32,000 nucleotides of DNA. It comes from Desulfotalea psychrophila LSv54 (lineage in GTDB: Bacteria > Desulfobacterota > Desulfobulbia > Desulfobulbales > Desulfocapsaceae). Numbering within the stretch: position 1 is the stretch's first letter; every line of letters starts with the position of its first letter. The notes beneath the pieces were generated by a model that saw only the letters and a program-made list of their open reading frames with translations, ran no database searches and had not been told where the DNA came from. The stretch is from NCBI RefSeq assembly GCF_000025945.1, contig NC_006138.1:990001-1022000 (forward strand), given 5' to 3'. The position numbers and the translations under genes are program-made. Shown piece after piece: positions 30,429 to 32,000 of the stretch.

Positions 30429-31499
30429 GTGGCTGTACCCCAGCTTTTATGGAGAGCGTTATTGGTGTTTGAGAAGAGTGTTGAATTTGTTTTAAGAAGA
30501 TATCTGGGGCCAGAAGAACTTGAAGGGCTGATTCTTACTTCGTTGGGCAATGGCCGGATAAACGATACTTACCTGGTGGAAAATATCAGAGAACCCTGGG
30601 TGCTGCAGCGCATTAATGCTGAGGTCTTTGCGGAACCTGCCGTTGTTGCCATGAATTTTATAGCGATAAGTCGTCACCTTAATGCAAGAGTCGATAAGAA
30701 ATACCAGTGGCCACGGCATATTCCCAGTCTGACAGGTGATCCCTTTGTCCATGACCGGTCAGGTGATGTCTGGCGTTGCCAGACTTATATACCTTCCTCT
30801 AGCCTTCTGCCTAGCAGGCAGAGTATCTCTGCCATGGGGGCGGCTCTGGCCGCTTTCCACAGGGCTCTAGTGTCCATGGATAGAGAGCTTATACAGGACC
30901 CCCTTCCAGGTTTTCATAACCTTCCTCTATATTTAGAAGAGTATGGTAGTCAGCCCCCCTCGCGGGAGGAAGCCTCTTTACGCTGTGCCCAGCAGCTGGA
31001 GCGGTTTCGAGTCCCGGCCCTCCTCTTTGCGAAGGCCTTGGAGAAGGAGGCCCTGCCGTGCCAATTTATTCATGGTGATCCTAAGCTTGATAATTTTCTC
31101 TTTGACCATGAGGGCAGGGTACTTTCCCTGATAGATCTTGATACCGTCTACTGGGCAAGTCCTCTGGTGGATATTGCCGACGCCCTTCGCTCTCTGCAGA
31201 GTCCGGCTGGTGGTTGGGCTATGGCTGTAGATTTGCATTCCTGTCAAATGTTTCTTCAGGGCTATTTGGCTCTTAAAGTGGATATTTTAGCAGGAAGGGA
31301 AAAGAGTTATCTCTTTGATGCCCTGTTGGCCATTAGCTATGAGTTGGCAGTGCGTTTTTTTACCGATCATCTGGCTGGTGATAGGTATTTTAAGGTAGAG
31401 GAGCATGGTGATAACCTTCGCCGGGCAGAGGAACAGTTTGCCCTGGTTGAGGATATTTTTCTTAAGGAGCTGAGCTTGAGAACTCTATTCCAGTCATAA
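30429..31499 (+). CDS. Aminoglycoside phosphotransferase (APH)-superfamily protein, possibly N-acetylhexosamine-kinase-like; start uncertain
   Basis: LTSLGNGRINDTYLV, PWVLQRIN, FIHGDPKLDNFLFDHEGRVLSLIDLDTVYWASPLVDIADALRS (Brenner and DFG-like motifs). Start may be GTG 30465. Confidence 0.78.
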   Translation: MAVPQLLWRALLVFEKSVEFVLRRYLGPEELEGLILTSLGNGRINDTYLVENIREPWVLQRINAEVFAEPAVVAMNFIAISRHLNARVDKKYQWPRHIPSLTGDPFVHDRSGDVWRCQTYIPSSSLLPSRQSISAMGAALAAFHRALVSMDRELIQDPLPGFHNLPLYLEEYGSQPPSREEASLRCAQQLERFRVPALLFAKALEKEALPCQFIHGDPKLDNFLFDHEGRVLSLIDLDTVYWASPLVDIADALRSLQSPAGGWAMAVDLHSCQMFLQGYLALKVDILAGREKSYLFDALLAISYELAVRFFTDHLAGDRYFKVEEHGDNLRRAEEQFALVEDIFLKELSLRTLFQS

Positions 31500-31667
31500 C
31501 TCTTTACCTATACCTTGGTGGCGTTGTATGGTAAAAGAGCCTTTCTGGGAAGAGGTTGTTTTGGTGGGAACCTTAAAAAACACTTTTTCTCCACCTTGGA
31601 GTCAGCGTTGACCTGAGCTTTATTGAAAGTTATAATTTTAAAGGCTCCTTGTAATAAAAAAATATGA

Positions 31668-32000
<333 letters not shown>

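Noticed and set aside
30429-31499. Antibiotic (aminoglycoside) resistance gene
   Set aside because: APH-superfamily motifs alone do not imply resistance; sequence fits the broader small-molecule kinase family better.

Overview
This window is mostly a chromosomal housekeeping segment. Gene content suggests a deltaproteobacterial / Desulfobulbales-like sulfate reducer, but that is inference and was not searched. In order it carries: the 3' end of a UvrD/PcrA-type helicase; a BvgS-like hybrid histidine kinase with an adjacent REC-HD-GYP response regulator; HIT protein, clpA, clpS, holA, ilvA and an MntP-like pump, all on the minus strand; a three-gene minus-strand cluster of 2-oxoacid:acceptor oxidoreductase beta, fused gamma-alpha, and a GltD-like FAD/4Fe-4S protein; ilvD, split over three reading frames; a PilT/PilU-like ATPase; a zinc-ribbon protein with a degenerate receiver-like domain; a DEAD-box RNA helicase; rpsA; an ihfB-like gene; a Sua5/YciO-type protein; guaB; guaA; an NYN protein with a cold-shock-like tail; an MscS-type channel; an APH-type kinase; and the 5' end of tgt, which runs off the window. 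I see no CRISPR array, transposon, prophage or recognisable defence cassette, and no strong case for a wholly new system. The items most worth a second look are the doubly frameshifted ilvD, a terminator-like hairpin in the guaB leader, the long structured rpsA leader without a clear Shine-Dalgarno, the oxidoreductase trio, the zinc-ribbon/pseudo-receiver protein beside the PilU-like ATPase, and the NYN-CSD architecture.
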